Below are positions 10,430 to 21,143 of a DNA stretch of 64,000 nt, one piece after another; within the stretch, counting starts at the first letter, position 1; every line of letters starts with the position of its first letter. Origin of the DNA: an uncultured delta proteobacterium. Lineage in GTDB: Bacteria > Myxococcota_A > Polyangia > Fen-1088. The notes beneath the pieces are model-generated. The model was not told the origin of the DNA, did no database searches, and saw nothing but the letters and a program-made list of their open reading frames with translations. A program made the position numbers and the translations under genes. The DNA lies in the NCBI GenBank assembly GCA_963824555.1, contig CAWGPW010000043.1:68763-132762 (forward strand), written 5' to 3'.

Positions 10430-11422
10430 GTGACGACCCGGATCGCCTCCCAGTCGAAGGTGGCGTTGTGGCAGCGCCGATCGTACGAGGTGCTCACTTC
10501 CGACGTTGTCGCCAGCCGAAATCCAGGACCCCCGCCGCCGCCGGAATGGGCAGCGGCCCTGCACCAGCTCACCATCCTGTCACACAAACCCGTGCCATCA
10601 CCTTCGTGGTGGACACCGAGAACGGCGTACTTCGGCAGTATCGAAACCCGAACCGATCCGACCAGTTACCACTGGGACGGAATGAAGCGTCTGGCGCGCG
10701 GGGATCCGCCTCTGTTCGCCTTCCAGCTTACCCTGGCGGGCTGGGGGCACTTTCAACTCTATGGGCAGCCACCACGGCGGGTCACTCCCGGTAAGGCATT
10801 CATCGCTCTCATACCCTCCCGGCATCGCTACTACCTACCCGAGGATTCCCCTGGCTGGACCTTCGCCTGGATCTCCATCTACCACCCCTACCTGCTGGCC
10901 CGGATCGCGAAACAAGTTGCAGCGACGGGGCCGCTGATCGACGTGGCACCTGATGGACCGTTGGTCGCCAGCACCGCGCGTCTTGTGCGAGGAGCGATCA
11001 AGAAGGATTTCCGCAATCGATTCGAGGTTGAGCTGGCGTTGTTCGAGTTCCTGCTCGCGTGCGAGCAAGGTGCGCAGCGGGAGTGTGACAGCTCCGGCGA
11101 AGGTCGGCAACTTCTGGAGGCGGTCCGGTCGAGCATCGTCGCGGGGTTGCCCAAGGCCCTCGATGTCAATGCCCTGGCCGCCGAGCACGGCATGAGCCGC
11201 ACCCATTTCAGTCATCTCTTCCGAGCCCGCACCGGCTTAACGCCCGCGCATTTCGCGGCCGAAGTGAGGATTCACGAGGCCGCGCGGATGCTGCTCGAAA
11301 CGCATACTCCCCTGAAGCAGATCGCCGACGCCTGCGGTTTCGCCAATGCGAACCACTTTTGCAAAGTATTCCGTCGTGTCCAGCACGTGAGCCCCAAGGC
11401 GTATCGGCGAACCATCCGCTAG
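10430..11422 (+). CDS. AraC family transcriptional regulator (true start probably downstream of 10430, non-ATG)
   Basis: C-terminal AraC HTH (HFSHLFRARTGLTPAHFAAEVRIHEAARMLLETHTPLKQIADACGFANANHFCKVFRRVQHVSPKAYRR). Confidence 0.7.
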   Translation: MTTRIASQSKVALWQRRSYEVLTSDVVASRNPGPPPPPEWAAALHQLTILSHKPVPSPSWWTPRTAYFGSIETRTDPTSYHWDGMKRLARGDPPLFAFQLTLAGWGHFQLYGQPPRRVTPGKAFIALIPSRHRYYLPEDSPGWTFAWISIYHPYLLARIAKQVAATGPLIDVAPDGPLVASTARLVRGAIKKDFRNRFEVELALFEFLLACEQGAQRECDSSGEGRQLLEAVRSSIVAGLPKALDVNALAAEHGMSRTHFSHLFRARTGLTPAHFAAEVRIHEAARMLLETHTPLKQIADACGFANANHFCKVFRRVQHVSPKAYRRTIR

Positions 11423-12591
11423 GGCGTTGCCGCGGTACGCGCGAGCGCGAAGGCGGGCAGCGAGCGTTCGATGGTGTCCATGGGCACGGTCATGGACAGA
11501 CGGATGTGGCCGGGGCGGCCGAATCCGGTGCCGGGCACGGCCAGCACGCCCTGCGCGAGCAGGCGTTGCACGAACGCCACGTCGTCGGCAATGGGCGTTT
11601 TCAGGAACACGTAGTAGCCGCCATCGGGCTTGCGCACGTCGTAGCCCGCGCGCGCGAGGCCGTCGCAAAGGATGTCGCGCTTGCGCTGGTAAGCGGCCAC
11701 GTCCACGCACGCGTCCGCGGCCTCGGCCATGACCCATTGCCAGATGGCCGGCGCATTCACGAAGCCTAGCGTGCGATTGGCGAAGGCGCACGCGGCGAAT
11801 AGCTGGGCCACGTCGGGCAGGCGCGGGGAGAGCGCGAGAAAACCGATGCGCTCGCCGGCCAAGGCCTGGGCCTTGGACCACGAGTAGCAAACAGCCGTGT
11901 GGGTGATCGACGCCGCCACGTCGCTTTGCTTGCCGCCGTCGTATACGAGTTGCTTGTAGGGCTCGTCGCTGATGACCAGAGGCGGATTTGGCAGGCGCGA
12001 CAACATCGATTCCAGGTTGCGCAGCACCTTGGCCGGATACACGCGGCCCGAGGGATTGTTGGGCGTGTTGAGGATGATGGCGCGTGTACGCTTGGTGATG
12101 ACCGCGGCGATAGTGTCCAGGTCGGGAAGGCAATCGGCGTCGGTCTCGACCACGATGGTGCGGCCGCTATGATTGCCGACGTAGAACGGATACTCGGCGA
12201 AGTAGGGCGCGAGCAGGATGACCTCGTCACCCGGATCGAGGATGGCTTTCAAAATCACGTTGCAGGCCGCCGCCGAACCGGTGGTCATGCAGATGTGCTC
12301 GGCCCGATAGTCGAGGCCGCTGTCACGGGAAAGCCGCTCGGCCATCACCGCGCGCACCTCGGGAAAGCCGGGATTCGGCATGTAGCCGTGGCGACCTGGG
12401 AGGTTGCGCTCTACGACCCGGCGCAAGGCCGCGAGGGTCGACGCGGGCGGCTCGACCTCCGGGTTGCCCAACGTGAAGTCGAAGATGTTCTCCTCGCCGC
12501 GCTCCTTCTTGAGGCGTGCGCCTTCCTCGAACATGCGCCGGATCCACGAGGCGCCTTCGAGCTGCCGGGCGATGGTGCGAGCGACCCGCAT
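11419..12591 (-). CDS. Pyridoxal-phosphate-dependent aminotransferase (class I/II, aromatic/aspartate aminotransferase-like)
   Basis: 390 aa from MRVARTIA. Motifs NPSGRVY, SWSKAQALAGERIGF (PLP-Lys region). The listed 583-aa ORF is an artefact that runs on through the ACT gene in another frame. Confidence 0.8.
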   Translation of the reverse strand: MRVARTIARQLEGASWIRRMFEEGARLKKERGEENIFDFTLGNPEVEPPASTLAALRRVVERNLPGRHGYMPNPGFPEVRAVMAERLSRDSGLDYRAEHICMTTGSAAACNVILKAILDPGDEVILLAPYFAEYPFYVGNHSGRTIVVETDADCLPDLDTIAAVITKRTRAIILNTPNNPSGRVYPAKVLRNLESMLSRLPNPPLVISDEPYKQLVYDGGKQSDVAASITHTAVCYSWSKAQALAGERIGFLALSPRLPDVAQLFAACAFANRTLGFVNAPAIWQWVMAEAADACVDVAAYQRKRDILCDGLARAGYDVRKPDGGYYVFLKTPIADDVAFVQRLLAQGVLAVPGTGFGRPGHIRLSMTVPMDTIERSLPAFALARTAATP

Positions 12592-13022
12592 TAGCCCTTG
12601 AGGATCACGTCGCCGGCCAGCACCGGCACTCCCTTGGCCTGCAAGACGGTGATGGCCGCGTCGGGATCGGCGAAGCGGAAGATGAGCACGGCTTTGCCTT
12701 GGTGGCCGAAAGGGAAGGCGTACATGTACTCGATGTTGACCGGCGAGCCTTCGAGCGCCGTGAGCACCCGGGCCAGACCGCCGGGCTCGTCCGCCACCTC
12801 CACCGCCAGCACTTCGGTGGTCTTGACCACCTGGCCGGCGTCCTCGAGAAGCTTGGTGGCCTTGGCCGCATCGCTGACGATGAGGCGCAGGATGCCGAAG
12901 TGCTGGGTGTCGGCCAGGGACAGCGCGCGGATGTCTACGCCTTGCTCGGCCAGCAGGCGGCAGGGGCCGGCCAGATGTCCGGGCTTGTTTTCCGCAAAGA
13001 TGGAGAGTTGCTGGATCTTCAT
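12591..13022 (-). CDS. ACT domain protein (PaaK/IOR-associated)
   Basis: 143 aa ACT fold ([19 protein letters not shown]...). Stop overlaps the aminotransferase start by 1 nt. Classic ACT-paaK-iorB-iorA operon order. Confidence 0.75.
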   Translation of the reverse strand: MKIQQLSIFAENKPGHLAGPCRLLAEQGVDIRALSLADTQHFGILRLIVSDAAKATKLLEDAGQVVKTTEVLAVEVADEPGGLARVLTALEGSPVNIEYMYAFPFGHQGKAVLIFRFADPDAAITVLQAKGVPVLAGDVILKG

Positions 13023-14347
13023 GATTGTCCTCGCTTGTCGATGACCCGCTTGGCCTTGCCCTCGCTACGCTGGATGGTCTGCGGCTCGACCAGGGTGACC
13101 TTGATGCGAATGCCGACCACGCGCTCGATGGTGTCCATGACTTTTTCGGCCAGCGCTTCCAGGGCACCAACCCTGTCGCTGAAGATCTGCGGCGTGACCT
13201 CGACCTGCACTTCGATTTGATCCAGGCCGTGCTCGCGCGTGAGGATGATCTGGTAGTGGGGCAGGGTGCCTTCCACCTCCAGCAGCACGGCTTCGATCTG
13301 CGACGGGTACACGTTCACCCCGCGCACGATCAGCATGTCGTCGCTGCGCCGGCCGATGCGCCGCATGCGCCGCAGGGTGCGCCCGCACGGGCAGGCGCCG
13401 GGCAGAAGCGCCGTGATGTCGCGCGTGCGGTAGCGGATCATGGGCATGGCCCACTTCGACAGGGTGGTGAGAACCAATTCGCCCTCTTGGCCGTCGGGCA
13501 GCACCTTGCCGGTCTCGGCGTCGATGATCTCGGGGTAGAAGTGATCCTCGAAGATGTGCAGGCCGTCGTGGTGCGGGCATTCGACGGCCACACCGGGACC
13601 GATGATCTCGGACAGGCCGTAGATATCGAAGGCTGCGATGTTGGTGACGCCTTCGATGTGCTTGCGCATGGATTGGGTCCACGGCTCGGCGCCGAACACG
13701 CCGGCGCGCAAGGGCAGAGATTTCAAGTCGATGCCGAGCTGGCCCGCGCGATCGATCAGGTGCAGGAAGTAGGTGGGCGTGCAGCAGATGGCGGTGACGC
13801 CGAAGTCCTTCATCACCATGATCTGGCGGTCGGTGTTGCCGCCCGAAATGGGGATGACCGTGGCGCCGATGCCCTCGGCGCCGTAGTGCGCGCCAAGGCC
13901 GCCGGTGAAGAGGCCGTAGCCGTAGGCGTTCTGGATGATGTCGCCGTCGTGCAGGCCGCAGGTGGCGAAGCTGCGCACCATGACCTGGGTCCACACCGCC
14001 ACGTCGTCCTTGGTGTAGGCGACCACGATGGGCTTGCCGGTGGTGCCGCTGGAGGCATGCACGCGCACGATGTCTTTCATCGAGCTGGCGAAGAGGCCAA
14101 AGGGATAGGTGTCGCGCAGATCGGCCTTGGTCGTGAAGGGCAGCTTGGCCACGTCGCCCAGCGACTGGATGTCCGCCGGCGCGATCTTGCGGCTTTGCAG
14201 GCGCTGGCGGAACAGCTCGACCCTTTCGTAGGCGTGGCCCACGATGGCTTGCAGCCGGTCGAGCTGGAGCTTGCGCAGCAGGGCCGCGGGCACGAAGTCG
14301 GGTGCACTCGCGGGATGGAAGGTGGGCTTTGGTTCTGTCGCTGTCAT
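13019..14347 (-). CDS. paaK: Phenylacetate-CoA ligase family (PaaK-like adenylate-forming enzyme)
   Basis: 442 aa with motifs [16 protein letters not shown] and PaaK-type C-terminal domain. Start overlaps the ACT stop (ATGA). Confidence 0.8.
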   Translation of the reverse strand: MTATEPKPTFHPASAPDFVPAALLRKLQLDRLQAIVGHAYERVELFRQRLQSRKIAPADIQSLGDVAKLPFTTKADLRDTYPFGLFASSMKDIVRVHASSGTTGKPIVVAYTKDDVAVWTQVMVRSFATCGLHDGDIIQNAYGYGLFTGGLGAHYGAEGIGATVIPISGGNTDRQIMVMKDFGVTAICCTPTYFLHLIDRAGQLGIDLKSLPLRAGVFGAEPWTQSMRKHIEGVTNIAAFDIYGLSEIIGPGVAVECPHHDGLHIFEDHFYPEIIDAETGKVLPDGQEGELVLTTLSKWAMPMIRYRTRDITALLPGACPCGRTLRRMRRIGRRSDDMLIVRGVNVYPSQIEAVLLEVEGTLPHYQIILTREHGLDQIEVQVEVTPQIFSDRVGALEALAEKVMDTIERVVGIRIKVTLVEPQTIQRSEGKAKRVIDKRGQS

Positions 14348-14356
14348 GGCGTCTTC

Positions 14357-14830
14357 CTATGTTCCCTTGCCAAGTGCAAAGGCCTGCAGATTGGCTGCGT
14401 GAAGCTTGTCGGGAAGCGCGGCCACGATGGCCGCGTGCCACAGATTGTCGGCAAGATCGAGGTGGCGCGCAAGGGCTCCGAGCAGGGCCACGTTCAGGCT
14501 CTTCTTGTTGGCCAGGCGTGCCTCGTCGATCATGCCAGGCTCGATGAGCACGCCTCCCGATTTCAGCACGGGGCGTGCGACCTCCACCTGGCTTTGCGAC
14601 AGCACCACCAGACAGTCGGCCGCGCCCGGTGGCACCATGGGCGAGAAGACCTTCTTGCCGAAGCGCACATCGCTCGACACCGAGCCGCCGCGTTGGCTCA
14701 TGCCGTGGATTTCGCTCTTCTTCACGTCGAAGCCGGCGCGAAACACGGCGCCAGCCAGGATGTCGGAGGCCTTGAGCACGCCCTGGCCGCCAAGGCCCGC
14801 GATGACGATGTTGGTGATGAGGCTGCTCAT
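14357..14830 (-). CDS. iorB: Indolepyruvate:ferredoxin oxidoreductase subunit beta (IorB)
   Basis: NIVIAGLGGQGVLKASDILA... matches the IorB N-terminus. Start MSSLITN taken 1 nt after the iorA stop. Alternative Met at 14845. Confidence 0.75.
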   Translation of the reverse strand: MSSLITNIVIAGLGGQGVLKASDILAGAVFRAGFDVKKSEIHGMSQRGGSVSSDVRFGKKVFSPMVPPGAADCLVVLSQSQVEVARPVLKSGGVLIEPGMIDEARLANKKSLNVALLGALARHLDLADNLWHAAIVAALPDKLHAANLQAFALGKGT

Positions 14831-14831
14831 G

Positions 14832-16448
14832 TCACTTGGGGGCATGGGTCTGCTTCTCTCTTACCTTGATGGCACCGGCGGCGAGCAGGCACGGGCGGCG
14901 GGCAATGATGAGGGTGAGCTCGGTCTTGCCCAGGGCCACGCGTAGCACGCGCGCGATGCCTGCGGAGTCGAGGATGGGATCCACGACCTGCACGTTCTTG
15001 ATGCCGAGGGCGCGGGCCAGGTCCTCGAAGATCACCTTGCTCGTCGCCTCGTGGTTGAGTCGTGCGGCCCGTGCCGGGGTGCTCTTGCAGGCCGGTCATG
15101 GCCGTGGTGCCGTTGTCGAGAATGATGAGCACGTGGCCGGTGGGCGGCGGGTTGTAGATCATCTCGACGAGACCGGTGAGGCCGCTGTGGACGAAGGTGC
15201 AGTCGCCGATCACGCTGACCACGCGCCGAGCCTGCTCGGGCGGCAGGACGTGGCGCAGGCCCAGGCCCACGCCGATGGAGGCGCCCATGCATACCAGCGT
15301 GTCCATGGCGGCAGAACGGCGGCAGGACGCCGAGCGAGTAGCAGCCGATGTCGCCTGAAACGATGCAGTCGAGGTCGTGCAAGACCTCGAAGACATTGCG
15401 GTGCGGGCAGCCCGGACAAAGCTCGGGCGGTTTGCCGGGCGCAGCCGCAGCCTCGGGCGAGGTGTCGCCCGCGACGATGCGACGCACGCGCGCGACGTTC
15501 AGCTCGCCGAAGCGGTACATCTCCGGCTTGTTTTCGACGGCGATGCCCGCGATGCGCGCGGCCTCGTAGAGGTAAGGATCGCCTTCTTCGACGACCAGGC
15601 AGCGCTCGACGCTGGCGGCGAAGCGTGCGCATGGTCTCGATCGGCAGCGGGTAGGTGAGGCCGAGTCTTGAGCACATGCGCCTCGGGCGCGGCCTCGCGC
15701 ACGTGCTGGAAGGAGATGCCGGAGGTGATGATGCCCAAGGTGCTCCGGCCCTCGACGATCTGGCTTCGGTCCCTCGCTGTCGTTCCAGGCTGCAATCTCC
15801 GCCAGCTTTCCGCGCAGCCGCCGGTGCGCGGGCCGCGCGTAGGCGGGAATCATCACGCGGCCGGGAATGTCGCGCACGAAATCGGCCGGTTTGGCCGGCG
15901 GTACGGGATAGCCGGCGCTGCACCACCGTGGCTTCGAGTGGCACACCCGCGTGGTCATGCGCAGCAGGACCGGCACGTGCCAGCGCTCGGAAAGCTCGAA
16001 GGCGCGTAGCGTGAAATCGTAGGCTTCCTGCGAATCGGACGGCTCCAGCATCGGCACGCCCGCGGCGACGGCATAGCGGCGGTTGTCCTGCTCGTTCTGG
16101 CTCGAGGCCATGCCCGGATCGTCGGCCGAACACGATCACGAGGCCACCCGCCACGCCCGTGTAGGCCACCGTGAAGAGCGGATCCGCCGCCACGTTGAGG
16201 CCCACGTGTTTCATGGTGACGAGCGCCCGGGCACCGGCGAAGGCCGCGCCGATGCCCACCTCCAACGCCACCTTCTCGTTGGGCGCCCATTGGGCCTGGC
16301 CGCCCAGGCCGTCGAAGAGCTCCAGAATCTCCGTCGATGGCGTGCCCGGATAACCGGTGCCGAGCTTGATCCCGGCGTGAAAAGCCGCCCGGGCGACGGC
16401 CTCGTTACCGCTCGCCAAGCGACGGTCTACTGCGTGTTGCTGTGGCAT
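14832..16448 (-). pseudogene. iorA: iorA (indolepyruvate:ferredoxin oxidoreductase alpha subunit) disrupted by at least six frame changes
   Basis: Recognisable IorA segments are spread over ORFs in three frames (15210..16448 N-term, 15032..16111, 15499..15795, 14827..15396, 14832..15035 C-term). These include the PFOR N-terminal domain, CPGCPH, and the TPP-domain block GDCTFVHSGLTGL. One junction was resolved to a single extra nt near 16127. Confidence 0.7.
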
Positions 16449-16694
16449 GGAACTGCTACCTCGAACGCCGGACCTTGGCTCAATCGAATGGAGGAGACAA
16501 GAGCCTTACGACGGATCCCGCGTGCGCGTTCTCGTTGCCAGCGCGCGCCCCGTTCTGTCGCCTTGGGGGCGCTCGCACAAGATGACGGAGCATAGTCCGT
16601 TGAAACGCCAATTTGCTTTTATGTCTGATAAGAAACGTCAACTACACCAACCTACATGCCCTGGTATCCCCCATACCCAGGGATCGGGGGTGTC

Positions 16695-17012
16695 ATGCTG
16701 ATGACACTCATCGATACCTGGCTGGCCACGCGACGAGCAAGCGGTTTCGCGCTCAGGAAATACGAGCGGCACTTGCGTCGATTCGCCGAGTTCGCCGCCG
16801 CCCGCGGCGACGACCACGTTCGCGCCGAAACCGCCCTCGCGTGGGCGTCGCACGCGGCCACACCTGGCCAGCGGTGCCGGCACTTCCAGCGGGTCGTTCA
16901 ACTCGCTGGTGCTGGCGCGCGCAGCGAAGTAGCCGTGTGCTTCACTAGTTGCAGGTCAGCGCAGCGTCGCCCTGGCAAGCTATCGGCGTCGGTATGGCGG
17001 CTCCCCCGGTGA
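16695..17012 (+). pseudogene. Tyrosine recombinase/integrase N-terminal (SAM-like core-binding) fragment, truncated
   Basis: LIDTWLATRRASGFALRKYERHLRRFAEFAAARGDDHVRAETALAW resembles an integrase N-terminal domain. No catalytic domain follows, and a convergent gene begins at 16945. Confidence 0.45.
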
Positions 17013-18039
17013 AATCCTTGCAAACGCAGAGTTGCTGGCAACAGAGAGGGCCTTTGGCGATGGCAATGCCGCAGGTGTAGCCAGAGGTGCAAGTCTTGTC
17101 GTTGGGATTGCTGGGATCCCGTGTGATGCCCTCGCAGTCGCTGTCGGTCGAACATTGCCCCGTGCAGAACGGGCCCGTATCCACGGTGCCGGTAGCGGCC
17201 TGCACGACGGGTTTTAGGCAGAGGCCGGTTGAGCATTCGGAAGTGCCATCAGATAGCGAGACCGCGGCACCGAGGTCGCATGTCGCCCCAATGTCGCACG
17301 AGGTAACGTGCTTCGCGTTCCAAAAGCCTCCAACACACGCGAAATGCCAGCTGCCGGCAACGCACTGAGGCTGATCGGTTGCCGGGTCACAGGCGCAGCC
17401 CTTCATGAATTTCCCGTACGTGGCGAGCGCCATGACACCACGCGTTGGACTGTAGCAAGCGTCTGGGCACAGGCCTCTGCTGCGAATGGGTTTGGGAAAG
17501 ACGTCGCAGCCCCACAAAATGTCACCGTCGCAGGCACAGGCGAGTCCGGGGCAGAGATCTTCGTTACCAAGGCCGCAAGTCGGCTGCGCTTGGCCGTCAC
17601 AGCCAGGTTCTTCGTAGCCCCAGACGTTGGGCGCCTGGCAGCTGTTGCCGTCCACGGGCTCGTCGTCGCCAGCGTCACTCGCGATGGTTCCGCCCGTGCC
17701 GGAGGGAGCGTCCGTGGTCACCTGCCAACCTCCATCGACCAGGCATCCCACCGCGGTGCAAGCGAAATTGCCGTCGCCATTGAGTCCGCATATGCAATGG
17801 TTGCAATCGAGCTTGTAACTTGCCCCTATCGCGTAGGTCACACCCTGGTACACGCAACCAGCCGCGTCGCTCCCGCCGCCGCCGGAGCCTCCAGAGGCAC
17901 TGGTTGCGCCGCCGGCTTGAGAAGATTGGCCGCCGACTCCACTGTCGCGCGGAACCGAGCCGACGTTGTTGTCGGTCTTTGGGCATGCTGCGAGGAGAAG
18001 CAGGGCCGCGAAAGCCACGGTGTGTGCGTGTCGATGCAT
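16945..18039 (-). CDS. Cys-rich secreted lipoprotein (hypothetical), lower GC than surroundings
   Basis: Signal peptide + lipobox LLLAAC. About 40 Cys in CxC/CxxC-rich pattern, Gly-rich N-terminal linker. Confidence 0.6.
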   Translation of the reverse strand: MHRHAHTVAFAALLLLAACPKTDNNVGSVPRDSGVGGQSSQAGGATSASGGSGGGGSDAAGCVYQGVTYAIGASYKLDCNHCICGLNGDGNFACTAVGCLVDGGWQVTTDAPSGTGGTIASDAGDDEPVDGNSCQAPNVWGYEEPGCDGQAQPTCGLGNEDLCPGLACACDGDILWGCDVFPKPIRSRGLCPDACYSPTRGVMALATYGKFMKGCACDPATDQPQCVAGSWHFACVGGFWNAKHVTSCDIGATCDLGAAVSLSDGTSECSTGLCLKPVVQAATGTVDTGPFCTGQCSTDSDCEGITRDPSNPNDKTCTSGYTCGIAIAKGPLCCQQLCVCKDFTGGAAIPTPIACQGDAALTCN

Positions 18040-18169
18040 GGTGAGAGCCTCCACTTGCTCTGTGTGCGGCACGCGAGAAAGGTTTCATCCTTTCGCTTCG
18101 AGAGAGAGGTCGAGGGGATTGTGACCGGCGCCGCTTTACCCAGCTATAGTCCCATGTTTAGGTAGTCGG

Positions 18170-19114
18170 GTGATTTCTACATTGGCATCGATGATGGTTG
18201 CGATGGTCTTCGCGGCAAGTCCGGTCGATGTTCGCAGTGCCACCAACTGTCCCGCGACTGAGGATGTTGTCGAAAGGTTGATTCCGCTGCTCCCCACCGC
18301 GGCGAATGGCTTGGCCGAAGGCCAGGATGTGGCGCAGATCGAGGTCGGCGAGGTCCAGGCTGGTGGAGCCATGGAGTTGCACCTTCGCTTGGTTCGGGCC
18401 GACAGCAGCGAGATTGGCGATCGCCGCTTGCTCATGCAAGGCACCTGTCAGGACATGGCCGACACGGTCGCGACTGTCATCGCTGCCTGGGAAACCAAGC
18501 CCCTGCCAGAGGCCGCCGAGGAAACCGTGGCCGCACCCGCCGCCAGGGAGGCTGCCGCTCCGCTGCGCGCGCAGGCTTCCAAGCCCGCTCCGCAAGCGCT
18601 CCGGCCGTGGCAAGTTTTTGTCGGAGCAGGGGCGGGCGCTGCGCTGGACGGCGGGATTGCCGCGACCGGCGGTGTTGACGTTCAGGTCGGCCGGGCCACG
18701 TCCCCTTGGCGACTGCGTTTCGGCATGGTCGGCGAAACAGCTCGTCAGGTGAGCTTGCTTGGTCGCCAGGTGGACTGGGGGCACACCACCGGCGCGCTCG
18801 GCGTGTGCTGGCGCGCGCTCGATCCTTCCTGGTTGCTCTCGCTCGACGCTGGACCGACGGCCGGATGGGCCACTCTCGCCGGCAGCGGATTTGAGCCCAA
18901 TCGCAAGCCGTATTCGTTCGAATACGGCGTCGTGGCCGGTCTGCGAGCAGGACGGAATTTTGGTCGCTGGACGGTATGGGCGGAATGGCGGACGAATTTG
19001 TGGGCGCAAGTCCAGCGTGCAACAGCTACCGGCGATTCTTCTGGCGCTGGAGCGGAATTGCCGCGGGTTGACACGGCCGTCGCCTTGGGGCTTTCAGCGA
19101 TGCTTTTTGAGTGA
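18170..19114 (+). CDS. Hypothetical secreted protein upstream of ECF sigma factor
   Basis: N-terminal signal-like hydrophobic segment. Same strand and 30-nt gap to the ECF sigma gene. Confidence 0.45.
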   Translation: MISTLASMMVAMVFAASPVDVRSATNCPATEDVVERLIPLLPTAANGLAEGQDVAQIEVGEVQAGGAMELHLRLVRADSSEIGDRRLLMQGTCQDMADTVATVIAAWETKPLPEAAEETVAAPAAREAAAPLRAQASKPAPQALRPWQVFVGAGAGAALDGGIAATGGVDVQVGRATSPWRLRFGMVGETARQVSLLGRQVDWGHTTGALGVCWRALDPSWLLSLDAGPTAGWATLAGSGFEPNRKPYSFEYGVVAGLRAGRNFGRWTVWAEWRTNLWAQVQRATATGDSSGAGAELPRVDTAVALGLSAMLFE

Positions 19115-19143
19115 AACCTTCCGCCGGCACCGGACACACATAG

Positions 19144-19719
19144 ATGGATACGCCGATGCCATTGCTGATGCAGGCAACCGTGGCCCCCGCCATCTTCGAA
19201 CCACCGGCTTCCTTCCAGGAGGCCTACCGAGACCATGCCCAGACCGCCGCGCGCTGGGCGCGGCAGCTGGGCGGTTCGGACATCGATGTCGAGGACGTGG
19301 TTCAGGAAGTCTTTCTTGTCGTCAGTCGGCGCCTTGCCAGCTTTCGCGGTCAGGCCCGTTTTTCCAGTTGGCTGTTCGAAATCACTCGCAAGATCGTAGC
19401 CAACCACCGCCGCCGCCAGCGCTGGCGCTTCTGGCGCTCAGGAAACGAAGCAAGCCTGGCCAGCGTGCCCTCGCATCTTCCCGATCCCGCCGTCGAGCTG
19501 GAACGACGGCAAACGGTCGCGCGTTTCTATCGCGCTCTCGATCAGCTGCCGGAAAAGTACCGCACGGTGCTTGTGCTTTACGAAATCGATGGAATGTCGA
19601 CCCAGGCCATTGCCGATCTTCGCCAGCTCAACCTATCCACCGTGAAGGTGCAGCTGTCCCGTGCACGCATACGTTTTCTCAAGCACTACCAAGATCTGAT
19701 GAAAAGGGGAAAGCCATGA
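19144..19719 (+). CDS. ECF (sigma-70 family group IV) RNA polymerase sigma factor
   Basis: Region 2 (VVQEVFLVVSRRLASFRGQARFSSWLFEITRK) and region 4 (LPEKYRTVLVLYEIDGMSTQAIADLRQLNLSTVKVQLSRAR). Confidence 0.8.
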   Translation: MDTPMPLLMQATVAPAIFEPPASFQEAYRDHAQTAARWARQLGGSDIDVEDVVQEVFLVVSRRLASFRGQARFSSWLFEITRKIVANHRRRQRWRFWRSGNEASLASVPSHLPDPAVELERRQTVARFYRALDQLPEKYRTVLVLYEIDGMSTQAIADLRQLNLSTVKVQLSRARIRFLKHYQDLMKRGKP

Positions 19720-20906
19720 GCGACTTGCTTCCCGATCCGCCCCGCTGGAAAGAGCGACAGGGCCAGTCCAACCTGGCGGAACGCGAAGCGGGCCGGGCGA
19801 TTCGTTTCATGCACGCGCCCGAGCCGTTGCCCGTTGTGCAGCTCACACGCATCGCCGCCCACATTCGAGCGACACGGCCTCGGCGTCGGACATTCTGGTT
19901 GACCGTGACCGCGGCGCTCCTCTTTGGTGGCGCGACCGTTGCCTCCGCCGCGCACTTGAATGTTCTGCCTGGGTGGTTGACCCGGATCGTGAAACCGCAA
20001 CCGGCCGAGACGGTGCCTCGCAAGCGTGCGTCGCTCGGGTCGTCGAGAAAGACGCCCGCGATTGCCACAGAGCGCGCGCCCACGCCACCTGAGGTGACTT
20101 CCCAGCCAGCCCCGCCCCCACCTGCGCCCGGCCGGCCTGCGCAGGAAGCGACTCCCGCCCATCCAAGCTCCGCCACCACGATGGCCGTCGGTGGTGCCAC
20201 GGGATCTGCCTGGACGCCATCGGCGACGCCCAAGCTCGTGCGAAGATCCAGTGAAACGGCCGCGCTTGAACGCTCGGCAAAGTCGCCGTCGCAGACGAGT
20301 GGGCATTTGCGACTCGGGACACCAGTGATCGAGCCGGCTCCGATGGTCGCCGATCCCTCTGTTTCGACGCGCTCGCCTGTTACCCGGGTGGCCTTGCTTG
20401 AAGAGCCAACCCAGCCTGCGAAACCCGCGCCAGAAGCCGGTGGTGCTCAAGGTACGGCCAGATTCTTGAGCGAGGCCATCCACGCTCTTCGCGTGGAGCA
20501 TTCGCCAGGCACAGCGCTCTTCCTGCTCGATCGCCACGCCACCCAACTCGGCAAGAGCGCGTTCGCTCACGAGGCCTTGCTCCTGCGCGTGGAGGCCATG
20601 CTGGCGCTCCATCGCGGGGACGAGGTTCTGCAACTTCTCGACGGCGCGGCCCTGACCGATGTGGCGGCGTCGCGTGCGCTTCTGGTCACGCGCGGAGAGT
20701 TGCGCGCCAAGGTCAACCGCTGCGCCGACGGACTTGGCGACTTCGATTTGGTGCTGGCCAAGTCGAAGCAGGCCGACCGGCAAGCGCTCTTCGGCCGGGC
20801 TCTGTGCCGCAAGAAGCTTGGCGATCGCATGGGTGCGCAGGCCGATGTGGAGCGCTATCGCCGCGAATTCCCCACCGATCCTCGCCTTCGCGATCTGGAA
20901 CAGTAG
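19716..20906 (+). CDS. Membrane-anchored anti-sigma factor with Pro/Ala-rich linker and C-terminal TPR-like domain
   Basis: ATGA overlap with the sigma gene. Single TM (WLTVTAALLFGGATVASAA). C-terminal helical repeats. Confidence 0.6.
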   Translation: MSDLLPDPPRWKERQGQSNLAEREAGRAIRFMHAPEPLPVVQLTRIAAHIRATRPRRRTFWLTVTAALLFGGATVASAAHLNVLPGWLTRIVKPQPAETVPRKRASLGSSRKTPAIATERAPTPPEVTSQPAPPPPAPGRPAQEATPAHPSSATTMAVGGATGSAWTPSATPKLVRRSSETAALERSAKSPSQTSGHLRLGTPVIEPAPMVADPSVSTRSPVTRVALLEEPTQPAKPAPEAGGAQGTARFLSEAIHALRVEHSPGTALFLLDRHATQLGKSAFAHEALLLRVEAMLALHRGDEVLQLLDGAALTDVAASRALLVTRGELRAKVNRCADGLGDFDLVLAKSKQADRQALFGRALCRKKLGDRMGAQADVERYRREFPTDPRLRDLEQ

Positions 20907-21143
20907 GTTGGTGCCGCGAGGTAGACGCGCGAGCCCCGCTTGACGGAACCTCGTTTCTGGCTCAAGCATGGGCAGCACCATGCTCGCGCTGCTCGCACTT
21001 GTCTTCGCTGTCGACGCCGGATCGGCCGCCGCACCCACAGCCTGGGATTACCGCCTCCCCATCGTGGCGGTCTTCGCGTCTTCACGGAAGGGGTGAAAAT
21101 TCTCCTTGCCTGGAAACGATGAAGTCGCTACCCTCATGGATGC

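Noticed and set aside
9562-10794. 410-aa Pro/Val/Ala-rich 'protein'
   Set aside because: Reverse-strand reading of the Gly/Thr-rich linker of the GH27 gene. Not an independent gene.
11419-13170. 583-aa ORF as a single gene
   Set aside because: Only the C-terminal 390 aa (from MRVARTIA) is aminotransferase. The upstream part overlaps the ACT-domain gene in another frame.
13025-14869. 614-aa ORF on plus strand
   Set aside because: Antisense shadow of paaK/iorB in a high-GC genome. Arg/Ala/Gly-rich low-complexity translation with no domain signature.
16448-16700. tRNA gene as integration target next to integrase fragment
   Set aside because: No cloverleaf-compatible sequence or conserved T-loop (GGTTCGAATCC-like) found. 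Only a near-palindrome at 16659-16682.
20988-21116. 42-codon ORF with signal-peptide-like start (MGSTMLALLALVFAVDAGSAAAP...)
   Set aside because: Too short and unsupported by any conservation evidence visible here. Could be chance in the higB upstream region.
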